Part shown: one piece after another, positions 1 to 14,210 of the stretch
Position numbering within the stretch: position 1 is the first letter of the stretch
How the letters are laid out: each line of letters opens with the position of its first letter
From: Raillietiella orientalis
Lineage: Eukaryota
Reading direction: 5' to 3'
Assembly (NCBI GenBank): GCA_036172245.1
Contig: JAYWIR010000001.1
Location: 5,270,001-5,334,000, forward strand
DNA: 64,000 nt
The notes under the pieces: model-generated
What the model was told of the DNA's origin: nothing
What the model saw: the letters and a program-made list of their open reading frames with translations, nothing else
Database searches by the model: none
Translations under genes and position numbers: made by a program

Positions 1-2210
1 GCTAAAATTCCCGTTTTGTAGACAGCGTCTTCGGAATGGGCGGTCTTCATGCTGATCGGTCAGCGTCCCATGCTGTGTGCACTCATGTCGATTCGAGTCA
101 TATTAAGGTTACATAAGAAGAAACACGAATGCAAATTACTTCGCTTCCCGTAAATTGCACGCACTAAGATCTCTCTGTCTGCGTTTTTTACGTGATTTCC
201 GAAAGAAGGGAATCGATTCTCGGCATTCAGAGGCCGTTCGGCAAGAACGTCCCTGGAAGATGCAAAAATACACGAATCCTTGCTCTGTTTGATGAGCCAG
301 AAAGCATCTCAGATCTCCACGAGTAAACCGAGGGAGTCAGTTCCAGGGTGCTCGGGAGCTTGCCCCCGTTGCTTAGCTACGCGCGCGAGGTGATGCCTAC
401 ACACATGCATTGCGCCGAGGAGCGTCGATCAAGTAAATTAACAGCACGTGGAGATCTCATGCTGCTCAAACTGGGGATTCGTCCTTTAAACTCATGCGTA
501 TCTCACTGTGTGCGGAACTCCTCGATATTTCCGTGTCTAAAAAAGCGTCCCACGAAATCCTGCCTTCCGCTTGTTGTGTTTTCGTTCGCTTCACTCCGTG
601 ACAATTCACTTTCTTGGAAATCTCCAAAGATACCCTGTCCTTTAGAGGTTAACGGGTTAGAGTATCACCCAGAAAACAAATAATAAACAAGTTCTCGGGT
701 CTCTTTCTCATCTAAGTTCAGTAATGCGTCCTTTGCGGAACGCTGCATTAGGCGCTACATGTGCCAGATTCGGGAGGGAGCGAATATCTGGAATTGAGAA
801 AACATTCGAAATCTGTCATCCTCGAAACGTACTGTCCGCAAAAGCTATCTTAGCAGGTCGATAGCAAAACGGATATCTATAAACTGTATTTTCCGATACT
901 CTGCACGTATTACTACCAGATATCCAATAAATTAGGAAGTATTGCTGCAAGAAGACAAGGCCCTTCGCTTAGATCATTTATTGTTAGATGGAATACATGA
1001 TTCAAAGAGACGTCAAGTTGTTTCCAAGTATTTAACTTTAAAGTACGCATCCCTTATTTAAATCGAGTGTTTTCATAAAATGGAAAGAAAAAAAAATTCT
1101 GAGATTCCTTCCTCGTGTAGTAGTTTGTTCCAATGCGCGTATCCAGCCGTTGTTTGTATCCCGCGATCCATTATTGGGAGGGATTTATCTTGAATCGCAG
1201 AATGTGCCATTAGGAGATGCCAGTTCCGGATGAAAATGAATAACGGTATTGGCTGAGGAAATAAAGGTTATTCCTACAAAACTAAGAATGCTTCTCTGAT
1301 GTACTTGGAGAAAATTGAATCTTTCATTCCGGAAATTCTATCAGGACTCTGTATTTACTTTGCTCGAAAGAAGATGCATAAAACCGAGATAAGTAATTAA
1401 CTGATAATAGACGAATTTTCCTTCTGATCGAATCGATGCTAACATATTTTTAAGCGTTTTGAGCGATTGCCTAAAATTGTGCTGTTCCACGAGAGCAGAA
1501 AGAAATGGACGCGCTTTTTAGAATGGCTGGATGCAAACATACAAATCACAGATTAACGTTCGTCGTAATTCATATTTGTAGTTTTCAGCGATTGAGGAAA
1601 AAAGTTTGTTACTTGCATATAATGACTGCAGAGACAGCCACATGTAGATAATGGCACAGGTATTTATTCCTATAGGTGATATACAAATGAGTTATATACA
1701 GTTTGTGAGCAAGCATGAACCTTACAAAGAGGATCGATAGAATGCTGGAAATTCCAAAGCAGCACCACGTGCAAAGTATTTTTATTGCACACGAAATGTT
1801 TACGAAGAGGCTTTCTTTCGGCCAAAAATTGAAGCCTTCGGTATTCTGGAACTTCGCAATCTCAGCACTGCTGTATTATATCTGGGTTCATTAATTCACT
1901 CGTATGATGAAATATTGTTTTCGTTTCGTATATTCAGGATGACGGTGTTCTGGATCTTTTTTATACAACCTGTTTTTCTTCCTTCTCTTGTCTTAAATTA
2001 AAAAAACGGTTCAATCGTAAACGTGCAAACTTTAGCAGGGGACTGGCACTCTCTCTGCCATGTGTCCAACCGCAGTATTTTGCACGTACGTGGATCGCTG
2101 TTGCCTTTATAGCCTTTGCGCAAGATTTGGGTCATTTTTATTCTGTATTAATTAATTGGATCCATATTTGTCAAATATTGCGCAGATCTCTCTCCGTGTC
2201 GTTCGGCAGG

Positions 2211-2258
2211 GTATGTGTATCTATGTGTATGTATGTATGTATGTATGTATGTATGTAT
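2211..2258. repeat. (GTAT)n microsatellite
   Basis: 8 perfect GTAT units at 2227-2258, with degenerate units before them. Confidence 0.9.
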
Positions 2259-4167
2259 TGCGTAAAATGCATGGTGCTCTGATCGGTGGCTGAATTCCGC
2301 GGCAAAATTCAAAATTTTGGAACAAATGTGGAGATGGTGCGTTTTTCTTGCACGTCGTTCGTCGGACGTTCAGCTTACAAACGAATTTCGGAAGGCAGTA
2401 CTTGCAATGCAACGCAGCCGAATTCTTGAATTCCGTGCTGCTGAAATTTCTTCGTTTCCATTTTTGTATGCAGTCATACAAGCTGCAAAGCGACCGCAAA
2501 TATCCGGTTTTCCAGTCACCGTTGTAGGCATTCAGATGACAGTATTATATCAAAATATGTCAATTAGTCCAGAATATATGTTCCAATTGTATTGCATTCT
2601 CATTCTTTAAGTTAGAAAATAAAGTCCCACGATCAGTGTTTTCGAGCATATTCCTAGATTACTGCAATAAGATTACAGATCATAATATGATGAGTTTATC
2701 CAAAGAGGAGGCAAAAGTTGTGATGCACAGTGTTTACCAGAGCGAAATGGTTTTCATTGATTTTTTTCTTCTTCACGTCAACAGCTGCTACTGAGTGAAG
2801 AAAAAGCCATGCAGTGCAATAGATTTTCTATCTGATCATTAAAGCTTTAGAAGCAAAAGCAAACGGTTTCTAAACAAGCATGCTACTTGCAGGTATAATT
2901 ACCGGTACCGGTATTTGATATGCACTATTTGAATAATTGATACTTGTCTCTTAAAGATTGCTTGCATTTTTTAAGAACGATACCACCTTCGGTTAGTGCA
3001 AACTTATTTGCGGCTGAATATCCGGAAATAGGAAAGCATCACTTTAATATTATAGTTTTAACGAGGATTGCTTGATTAATCGTGTGAGAAGCGATCATAA
3101 ATTCCTTTAAAAATGCAATATTCCGAGACAAAATTATAACGTTTTGTTTGGGACGTTTTCCTTGTTTTGAATATTTATGCATCCATTCGCTTGATGGGAC
3201 TCCTGAAATCAGTGTCAGCTTTACGCCAAACTTCGTGTTACAGAAGTATTAGCTGATTTCTGAAAGTCACGTTAGGTCTTGAGCATTCTAAGAAGAATAT
3301 GACCATGTTGACAGAGATGGATGTAAAATCACAAGCCAAGAAATGTCACAATTAAAGAATCCGACATTCCGTAGCCATGGGGGAATTCGTTTCAGCAGTG
3401 AAAAGGGTTTACTGTAAACGAACGAATTCTCGGCTGAATCTGGACAGATTCCATGCGGAAGATAGGAACCTGGTTGATTGTAATCGGGCTGTCGAACTCA
3501 CAAGAGATGTGCATACGTTTGGTAGCTTTCCAATCAGTCGAGAACAGATGAAAAATGAGAAATATTGAGTAAAAACCAAGTAATAATAAACATGAAGTTA
3601 AGTAAAAAAAGAAAAGAGTAAAAGTAATAATGAAAAAGCCGCATTAAATCATGCTTTTCACCTAAGTATAGACATGCATCGATATGCTTCTATGAATATG
3701 TGAATTCTTACGACATAGCTACGCAAGTTGTTTCTGCTCTATGCGTAGATTGCACAGTTGTGAGCAAGTGTTCTTATACACTTGATCGCTGGAATAGGGT
3801 AACTTATTGTACTTCCAACTGCGTAAGAGTATTTTTGAAAAATCTCAAGGTCATTTACATATGTAAAGAAAGATACGAGCAATTTCCCACGTATTCTCAG
3901 TACGACCGCATCATGCACCAATGTTAATAATAATATTAATGTGATGCACATAACCATGTCATGCGCTAATTTTATGTAACTCGCATTTGGATTTTCACAA
4001 TGTTGGTTGATCCCAGTAATGACACCAGGAACCTTGTCAATCACATGGAACTTATGATGTATTAGAAAATGTGTCAGAGTTCTTGGATTGCTAACGATAT
4101 AATGCCAGTTGATTCCAGGAAGCAGTTTTCTCCTACGTTTTCTGAGTTCCTATGTTTTCTGTTTTAG

Positions 4168-4218
4168 ATGGTTCAGGCGATCCAAGTACTACGATTTCAC
4201 CTGTTGGAACTGGAAAAG
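4168..4218 (+). CDS. hth: hth internal exon, HM domain part (MVQAIQVLRFHLLELEK), 51 nt, phase 0-0
   Basis: Acceptor ttctgttttag|ATG and donor AAG|gtaatc. The peptide is the conserved Meis/Hth HM helix. The ATG is internal, not the start codon. Confidence 0.97.
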
Positions 4219-4720
4219 GTAATCACTTCCTTTCTTTCATTATTATCCTTACAACTAGTTGTCAAGTCATTCGTTGTTTACCGTTGCTTTAACTATTTCT
4301 TTTTCCTTTTCCGTAACTGTTTTCCTAAACGCATGATCACTTTCCAATTCGGTAGAAGTCTTTTTCAATCATTGCGCTCCATGGTTTTACGGAAAATTGA
4401 AAGTCGGAGTGACATCGGTAACTTGCTTCAAACGTTGACAATGATATCTGCAAAAGCTTCCATTAGTTTATGGAATTTCTTTTCAAAATCCACAAGATTC
4501 CATTTGCCCATCGTTTGTTAAAGCAAAAAGACAAAGCAGTTTTTAATTCCTCGAACAAATTCCCCGACTTTCAGTATTATTCCATCATGTGTGGTGTTCC
4601 ATGCTTGCTTTCGCTTTCTTTCGTGGATTGGCACTCTGATTCGCAATGCTTAAGTGTCTTAAAATGTATCGTGATTCCAAGTCCCCGGGATCTTTTGGTA
4701 TTGGTGAAATCTTGTTTCAG

Positions 4721-4909
4721 GTACACGAATTATGTGACAATTTTTGCCATCGGTATATTAGCTGTCTGAAAGGAAAGATGCCAATAGATTTAGTGATAGA
4801 TGAAAGGGATTCGACAAAACCAGATTTGACAGACGCTAACAACAGTAGCGCTGGTAGAGGAAGTGCGGACACTACAACACACACCGACAGCGCTAGCACC
4901 CCCGATCCA
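4721..4909 (+). CDS. hth: hth internal exon, end of HM domain and linker ([63 protein letters not shown]), 189 nt, phase 0-0
   Basis: Acceptor cttgtttcag|GTA and donor CCA|gtaagt; conserved Meis/Hth sequence. Confidence 0.97.
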
Positions 4910-7900
4910 GTAAGTGCATTCCCTCTTCATTCGATTCTTTTTCTTGTTGTTGCAAGATCGAGTTCTTGGAAACGATTCCAAAGTATCAGACAAGATAGCC
5001 CATTGTCAAACTTATTCGGCAGAGAGAATCGCTTCCGATTTCTTATCGGAAACGATCACTTTCACAGAGATCGCATTTGCTGCAGTGTGTGATTTCCCCT
5101 TTGAATTCTGGCTCATTGCTATATCTCACTAGCAGACAAAGATATTGGTTGCTCGCTTAATCATGGTTGGTGCATCCAAAAATTAAAGTTTCCTCTTCAC
5201 TTGCCTTTTTTGTGGGCTTTTACGAGTGTGTCCACAGAAGCCTGTACAGTAATGCAAGTATGAGGATTCTTGGAGCCGCGCTATATAGGACTAGCGGCGC
5301 TCCGAAGTCAGGTGCAGAGTTCAGCATCTACGAAGCTTTCGGGGAGATGCTAAATTTTGCTCCTATGCGTTCGAGGCGACTCTGAAAGTGCATGCCGTCT
5401 TTTGACATCGGACGTTTTCCTTCTCTTCAGGGTGTTCGCAACGGCAGTATTTCGACTGGCTTTCTCCTCTGCCTTTTGTTAATCGCACGTTAAGCGATTG
5501 CAAGCTCGGTGTTCCGTGAATTTTTTAATAACTGGTTTTAGATGCCAGTAGGTCCTTTCCTTTGCTGAAGGAACGTTTTCCAAATTTTCAAGTGCGTCAA
5601 ACTTCTGTGTCTGTTAGGTTGATACCACTGCAGATGCATAATTTTCATAGAATAGATTGAAACCCCGTATGTGATGGATGCTTGATTATGTATCTGAACG
5701 AGATAAAGGGAAAATCCTCACGGAAACGATAGAAATTTATGAATCTCTACTACTAGTTTTTTTCTTCCCTCTATCGCTTTCATGAAAATATTTTTGAATT
5801 CCCACCGTCACAGTCACGACGAAAAGTTGCGAACACGCTTTCTGGCGCTAGACGGAATTCCCAGTGAACTGTACACCAAGATGAGCCACCAGGATTTTCC
5901 AGCCGAGAAATAAAACTGTCAGAGATTTCGCTGAAAATTCCTTTTATTTCGTCTCCAGCGTTAGATAAAAGTGATTTATTCGACTCAAGTACTCACCTGG
6001 TCGAAACTGAAGTTCATTTCGGAGATTTATGTGAGGATATCATTATAATTTGGGAAAATTCAGCGCACTCTCTACGGGAAGAAGTTTTCGAGAAATCTTT
6101 GGAAACAAAGGATTGGTTCAGATCTGGAACCGGGTTCGCCGAAACCTTCACGGGTGAGCCTGGATGTGAAACCACCATGGTTCCCAGCTAGCTACTCGCT
6201 AAATAAGAAGCGATGCGATGATGAATGTGGTTGATGAGCTCTCGTTTTCTTGCTGCGGGATTCCATTTTTTCCGTTTTTGCTTTTTTTTTTTTGTCTAGT
6301 AAGTACCATTTGTGGCTCAGAACTGTTGCACGCTGAGGTCACGTTCATCTCCGGTTATGGTCCTGGAAAGTATTTTGTGTCTGGTACATGCGATAGTGGC
6401 TGCTGATGCATCTAGTATATATAGTAGAACTGGATAAGGTCAAGATGCAACAATGAAAACTCGAGGTTGTAATAAAGGCAGAAGAAATGAGTGCATTTTG
6501 GGCGTGATAAACCACACTGCTATTTCTCAAAAATCTAAAAAAAAACTTTTACTACCTCATAAACTGCCGAATTACTCGAAGGTTTCGTTCAAGGAAGTTC
6601 GCATTTTTACGATCGGTTTGGTGCGGGAATGTTCAATTTTGTAGTAGAAGGGACTTTTTTTTTTTTTTTTTTGGAAAAAAAAAGAAACAAAAATATATTA
6701 AAGGAGTCTACTCCCTCAAAAAGATCATTTCCGTACAGGAGTAACCAGGGGACTCATCCTCATGTGCAAAACACAAAGGAGGAACAATCTTCTCTTCCTT
6801 TTCTTAGTTATTTCTTGACTTCATGCAATCCTGTAGGAGACGGATTCCTGAATGCAAGCTGCAATAAAAGCAGTATGCAGCAGGACAGACCGCATCCACC
6901 TATTCTTGTGATTTTGATCTGAATTCCCACAAAAAGGTTTCCTCGTTAAAAAGAGCATCTGTAGCAAGCGCACAGAGTGGAGAGTTGTGTTTGTCGAGTT
7001 CGAAGGTTGCAGCAGCACTGCTGTTTGAAGTTTATGCTTTTAAATAAAAGAATATGTAGATGAAACCTTTCCTTGCAAAATATCCTTTATCCGTTGGGAT
7101 AAAAACTACCCCAATTTCTTTTCTTTCTTTCTTTTTTCTTTTCCCGTTTCCTTTCTTCTCCTCTGTTTACCATCCTCTCCCTGGATGCCTGCTGTATATC
7201 CAGAATTTGGTAATTGCTTGCAAAACATTGATTATCATAAGAAGAGAGCAAAATCTGCTCTCTCCCGCGAGTGGCTAAATGCATTCAGTGTTCTTTTCTG
7301 TGTTCCTCTATTTCAAAAGCTCATGCGTACGGGGGAAGAAGCGAGCCGAAGGGAAAATAATATGCCAAATGTCTGCTAATGACAGATCTCATGGAAGTGT
7401 CCTACCCCCTCTGTTCCCGCATTTCTGTATCGCTGCTGTTGTCGTGTGACCCATCATTTGCAGAACTGAATGCACGCAGAAATTTCTTACACTACGTTTC
7501 CTGAAAGCACACATTCTCTTTCCGCTTTGTGTATAAAAATGAGCAAACCCGGATTATATTCTCTCAGCAGGGGAATATCTGATGATCCCAGGCTCAAATC
7601 AAAACAGTTGAGGAGCAGCGGTTCCCATGTATCGAATGTTCTGTGAAAACATCTACGTGAGATCCTGAATGCAAATTTTTTCTCAGGGATCTCATCTCGT
7701 TTCTGCTAAACTCATCTGCTGTTCTTTTTTTTTTTTTTCTTCTCTTTTCCTTTCTGTTTCGCTTTTCTGAAAGCATGTTACATGTGTAGTCCACCAGAAC
7801 GGTCCGCTTTCAGACGGCTCCTACGGACTAGTTTCGATGTCTCCTGCGATCTATGAAGCAGAATGAGGAAGTTGAGAAGAGCAATATGCGTGTGCACGAA

Positions 7901-10900
7901 AGCATCCATCATGAATTTTATCTGTAGATCGGAAATAACGTCAATTTAATAACGTGGAATAGGAGTCGGGGATACGAAGAAACGGCGTAAAGTGTCGATC
8001 TATTTGCCACTTTTCTGGAAAACTAAGGCAATGCGTTTATGAACATTCTAACTTTCCCTCAAAGTGGTACTGAGTGTGTCAGTTTCTGCGCTGCCTGGAA
8101 AAATGTGCGTTTCAGAAGCGGATCAGTGAATGCGTGCACGCGGATACGGTGCCATGCTTTCTCCAAGAAGCAAACGTTGCCATCTGTCACGGAAAAGTGA
8201 AAGAGAATGTGTGGTACCTCAGATGAGTAGGATTATTGTGTGCACACGGCGCAACACTTACTCCAATCCATTCATGGTTACGACCTATGTCGGCTCCTTA
8301 ATTTGCGTCCACATTTCGATTTGCCATTACGCTTTCTGAATTTTCCACGATAAACCTTTCATTTATTCACCAGAGAACTTTTGAAATTGGTCAGGTGGTC
8401 TGTTGCGTATGTTTTTTTCTTCTTTCCATAGATGGCTTTTTCAAATTCCTCTCTCGCGTTTGCGCTAGAATTTTTAATGGATGTTGCGATTTTGCGCTCA
8501 AAGTCCACAGTAATTCTTATCATAAGCGAAAAACAATATTAAGAGACTACTTTGGAACATGAGGAATTTAAACTTCACATAATTTATTGCTGCATCCAAT
8601 GTCCTGCGATGTAAAGTTTCATCTATCCTAGTCGATCACAAATCTACTTTTTAATTGCAGTTTGCTGTGTATTCTTCAGACGTTGTCATGTAGAAGTCTG
8701 TTATTACATGCTGAGCTTTCAAACGAGGTGTGGGCTGTTTGAGATGTAGATAAGTTAAAAGTTGCGCAAGACTTAATGGTTTATCTAAGGAGTATTTGAA
8801 GCTTCCAAATGGAGAAGAGATTTGAATGGAAATATGAATTGTTAGTATTGCAGCTAGGATATAGACAGCAACCGAATCTGTTCTCATGTCAAGTCCCATA
8901 TCTGAAGAAAACAGAAAGTAATTTGTGTTTCGTATCTTAACATAAGTTTGGTAATTGTGTTTACTGTGCTCATCTTAAAGCGCTTCCAAGGTTCGGTAGG
9001 CAGCTACACTTAATCTGAGAGTACGCAAGTAGGTTCTGGAAACGAACTTTGAGAAAAATCGAATATCTAGTGATATGAATCCTTGACTGATTTAGTGTTC
9101 AAGAGTTGGGAATTTATTTGCTCATTCGTTGTATAGTTTTCATTGTGTGTCAGATCCAGTCTTAGTCCCTGGTCCATGTTTTCCCAAGTATATGATTCAG
9201 AGCAGTAATAAAGATCCGTGTTTCGTCCTCATTCCGTGAAAGATCACCATGTCCCAATAAAAGCTTTCTTTTATTGTGTATCTATCTTTCTGCGTATCCG
9301 AAAAGCGTAATGCTCAACACCAGCATTCCACGTTGCAAAGTACTTCATAACTTTAACACGTCTGCGTGTCATCCCGAAATCATGTTATTTATGAAGCATA
9401 CCATACTGCTCTTGCAATCCCGTTGACGGAAGGACTGTGATGGGATGATTCCTGGGGAATTACCGTTGAATCTCTAGCTGGTTCATTTTTCTGATGCTAT
9501 ATTTAATCAACTTATTAAAACAATTTACTGTGATATTACCTGCACTCTTGAAGGCTACCGAAGAGGAGAACAGTAGATGTGATTTGCATTGCTCTTGAGT
9601 CTTTTGCTAATGCAATTCAGTTGCGATTTCAGAATGATTCTTCCCAAGTTAGCTGCATTAAAACCGATCATCATCGTGTATGGTGAAAGATCCATTCGAT
9701 GCCTATTTCCTTATGGAATGTTTTTTTTCATTTATTTCACTTACCAGTAATCTGTTTGAATGGAACAATTTCTGCGTTCAATCTCACTGTCAATTAGGAA
9801 AAAATTATCAGGAAGGAAATTTTGTCAATTTTCTGTCACCGCCCACTCTTATTTTTATATTGAATTCTTATATTGGGGAGAGTGGAGCTGATCTTTCGAG
9901 TTCAAAAATAATTACATCCCCTTGGGCATATCAGAGTTCCACAGGACGTACGGCATGATTTTCACCACATTTTCGGAGAAGTGGTGATTTATCCGGGCTA
10001 AAAGAATCCCATGAGAGTGCGCATCGAGATGGATCTATCTGGTCGCTTCCAGTTGGGCAGAGAGATTTGTTATTGTATTCTCGTATTTCCCTTAGGAAAG
10101 TAAAAATTTGGTATCTATGATATCTAAACCCCACTAGGATGCTATCTCATTACATGTTTCAGAAAATTGTATTTTAAAGGCTCATCTTGCAGTTGTACTT
10201 CCGAAAGAGCTCATGCCGAGCGTGAACTCTAGCATGTTTTGTATTTATGCCTTCCTTCTGTGAAACTTTCAATGTTTGTAGTAAAAATGAACAAAACGGA
10301 GCAAAGTGCTGCTCGAATTTGAAAAAAAAAAAAAAAAAAAAAAAAAATTCAGTTCAGCCTTCAAATTCGAAATGGTATTCACCGATTCCAGGTATTTGTG
10401 ACAGATCCTGGAGCTGTCATCGCCGGGTAACTTGGAAAAATTGTTAAAGGTGTTCGCTACGGGAAAATACCTTGGTTGCCGGGGTCTCATTATCACGGAC
10501 TGTATTTTCGTTCTCAGAAAGTCACCAAGAATTTTATTTTTTTTTCCCTTGAATTTGCGGTTTTCAGAATTTTGGTTTCAGAATATTCTCCTAAAGCCTT
10601 CACTGGTTCATGGTCAATTATCCGCGAAAGTTTTTAGAAGCTAAAGCAAGAGGGATAACGGATACGGATAGCTTATCACAATAAAACACCCAGGCTTCAT
10701 AGTCAGTTCTTTAGAATCTGTTTGCTTTATAAAACTAAGGTCGTATTTTGCATATTGTAGTGCCTAGATCTGTTTAGGGAGTAACGGACTCCATGAGGTT
10801 CGTATAAATGGCAAGGAAAGCTCAAGTCTTGAGAAATTTCCATACGTTCATTTTACGGATGCTAATTTGCCACTCATGGTTTCCCTGGTGTATTCTCAAC

Positions 10901-13900
10901 TTCGTTTTGTTCATTCTGCTAATACCGTACTGCTCTTTGCTCTAAATTCAAATTCATCATCACTTTCACGGTCAGTGAGCAGAAACTTACAAACTCGAGC
11001 TACATCTACAGATCCGCACAATGCCACACTTGAGCACTTTCGCAGTAGCAGCAAGAAACTTTGAAAACGGGTTCGGATACACTGTGAGATGGGACAGGGA
11101 TGAACACCCTCCCTATCGCAAACACATTTGTTTCACCACATGGAAAGGACGAACCTGTTTCTTGATGTTATTTCATTGGTGGGATGTGTTTCTCATCGAT
11201 GAATATTGTAACTGCAAGTAACATCATTCGCAGTCTGTACGCACTACATATGCTGTGTATAACCGCATTATTGTAAATTACGCATGCTGACAACACCCCA
11301 CGTGTTCACAATAGCACAGATTTGCAACCGCTGTTTGTTTGACATGAATATTTTTTTAATATTTCACATCTATATTCCATTCTGTACATTCCCTTCAATT
11401 TCGTCATTTAAAAATAAGCATAGCAGCGTTTTATTCGCTAATGGCCTTCGACAGAGTCGCCAGACACTCAAAACGCATTTCGAAGACCGCTCAGTCACTT
11501 CTGGACACTCAAATCGTAATTGGATTTTCCGCCATTTATCCAGAGTTAAGCCGACGGATTAGATTATCTGCACCGAAATTCAAAACTGATTATTAACCTT
11601 ACGAGTGCACATATATATATACATATGTAAAGCTTCATTTCGGAAGCGTGTCTTTTTATGTGTCTATTTTTAGCTCCACCTGTAAGGTGCGTTTATTAGA
11701 GGTACAAATGTAACCTTGTTCAAACAAAATTGTATATTTCAGAGCACAATCAGTGATGATATCGCGCTCTAAATAGCATCCTTAGGCATTCCTCGTGCTT
11801 CCATGGTAAAATTCTCAATTTTCCTAAAGAAACACCGAGGGCCAAGTGAAGTGCCTAAAATTATAGCAATCATTGCAAAATTACTGTATTACAAATTAAA
11901 TGACTGCGGCGCACCATCGATGGCTCGAACCAACAAAGTTTACTAATCTTCCAAAACTTGTCGAGAGGAGGGGAAAAATCGATAACGATTCGAGTCTTCA
12001 CTTCGGAGCCATAAATCTTTATTTTCAAGCCACACTGAAAACACTGGACAGGTAGATACGTTGAAAGCAGCCGGTTCTGCTTTTGCCAGCTAACGAAGTT
12101 ACGGAATAAGAATATTTTTCCCTCCTCAGAGAACAAGTTGAGAATGGAAGTTTGAGCGATACGTAGTTGCACCAGAGCATCCACTTTGCATGAGAGAGGA
12201 GCGGCGATATCTGGAAATCCGCCCCGTCTCAATATCTTCGTTATACTAAATGCTCTTTTAAAAGAATACTGACTGTTTCGGTAAACCGAGAAATTCGGGA
12301 CTCCATGCCGCTGCAACGGATCTCTTGAGCATATTTTCAAGTAGGCGGACAAAGGTGGCAACACATTAGGAGGTAGTCTTGTGGAATGCGAGCAGGTATG
12401 CAGGTAAAAATGCTCGAGGACAATCAGAATTGATTAAGCGCAGATTGGTATTGACGAGCAGCCCTGAGGGGAAGGTTTTTGCCCCATGAATACAAAAGAA
12501 AAAAATTTCCTTTTACTCAAAAACAAGAGAACACAGAAAAAATGTGGATTGTTCATTTCTGTTTTTGTACGCAGTCTCTCGTGCAAATGAAATCTTACCT
12601 CGTCAGAGTGCTCCGTAAACTCTCTGGTCAGGATAAGAGCAAACACCTGTTATGTTGTTCTTTTGCTCAAAACTCTGCTCGAAAACAACGTGCCAAAAAT
12701 TACCTTTCCAGTTTCGAAGAGGAGAGAGCTAGAATTCTTCGTAATTATAATTAATATTGCGCTTACTCGGAAAACATCCGAGTCGAATTGCATTTTGGAA
12801 CGCTGTATACGGAAAATTTATTTCATCTTGTGTTCAAGCTGATGAATATAAGATGTTATGTTCATCAGTTTCATTTGGCGTATTTCTGATATAATCCAAA
12901 AGTTGAGAATCACATAGACAGTGAATAGATATATTTTAGGTTTTCGTTTTTTACGTAGGGACTGCTTTTTACGTAGGTTTCTTAGTAGCCCAGCAAGGTA
13001 TGCAATTTTATTTTACGCAGATCCCTTTATTTTGGATTTCGATTTAGAATGCGAACATAAGATAGAGATACACCAATTCTTCATCCTGCTAAGTGAACAT
13101 TTGGAATTTTCTGAATGGAATCTGTGCACATGAACTCTCGAGGTATGGGGGGACGTCCCCGCAGTTTTGTGGATATCTGGACTAATAATAAAGCTGAAGA
13201 AACTATTGAGGGAAGCAAGTTTAGTGTGATTCCGCGTATTTTAGAATTGTTTCAAAGATAAATGGATTGACAAAAATCATTTTTTAAGATAAACGATCTT
13301 TATTACGGCCGACTCTGTAGAAAGGAATTGATTTTAGCTTACGGGGTATTCAGGATTCAGACTAACTCTTTGTTTCTATATTATATCAAGAATTCTCGAT
13401 CTCGTGATCAGTGACTCGGAAGGTTTGAGTCTTTCCAAGCATACTGAATCAACGATCTCTAGAAATAATCTAAAGATGCAAATCGGAAAGCATGAGCAAA
13501 TGAAATGATGATCTTGCAGAAGATTTGGTGAGCAACTTTGATTACTGCTTACCGATCTTAAAAGGACCCAAGATAACTTTTCGGTTCCCCAAGAAATCTC
13601 TCGATTGCAAATGTGTGGTCATCGGAGGAACATTCAAGACATTGGACAAAGTAGATCCTGTGCAAGAACAAGAAAAGATTGATATTGTTTCAGATCATAA
13701 CTGTACACGGCAAGCGTAAATTTTAATATAAATAACAATTGCATGTGCACGATGTTACTAGTACTAGCAAATCGTGAAACAATTCCGTGTGGCGGTGTTT
13801 CTCGGAATTCATTTTGACGGTACTTTGCCATTTGAATTCCGCAAATTTCTGTTCTGTTCTTAAGGTAATTGTGCAGAATGCTCATATTTAAGGGACATAG

Positions 13901-14074
13901 TGTGATACAATCTATTTATTCATTTTTTTTTTTTTACAAATAGTGTTAAGTATTTCAGTGCAAGCACAGTACATCGAGTTATGTAACTGTTAAGCTTAAT
14001 TATTATAAATGAATGCCAGTGTGATTCCCCTTACGTGACCTTTATCACACATTAATTTTATTCATTTTTGTTAG

Positions 14075-14210
14075 AGACCACCATCTTCTTCGTTGTCTTA
14101 TTCAGGTCAAGGAAATGATGATGTAAGATCTCCAGGATCAGGAGACACTCCAGGACCTTTAAGTCAACCTCCACCTTCGCATCACAGTGTAGACAATACA
14201 AGCGAAGCAG
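14075..14210 (+). CDS. hth: hth internal linker exon (RPPSSSLSYSGQGNDDVRSPGSGDTPGPLSQPPPSHHSVDNTSEA+G), 136 nt, phase 0-1; absent from the ORF track
   Basis: Acceptor tttttgttag|AGA and donor CAG|gtaaaa. The translation matches the arthropod Hth linker and the phases fit both flanking exons. Confidence 0.95.

Noticed and set aside
2900..2913. 14-bp perfect palindrome TACCGGTACCGGTA
   Set aside because: A few palindromes of this length are expected by chance in 64 kb, and this one arises from a 6-bp tandem duplication.
1..4167. Upstream hth exons (first part of the HM domain)
   Set aside because: I found no matching peptide with splice sites, so this region is treated as intron.
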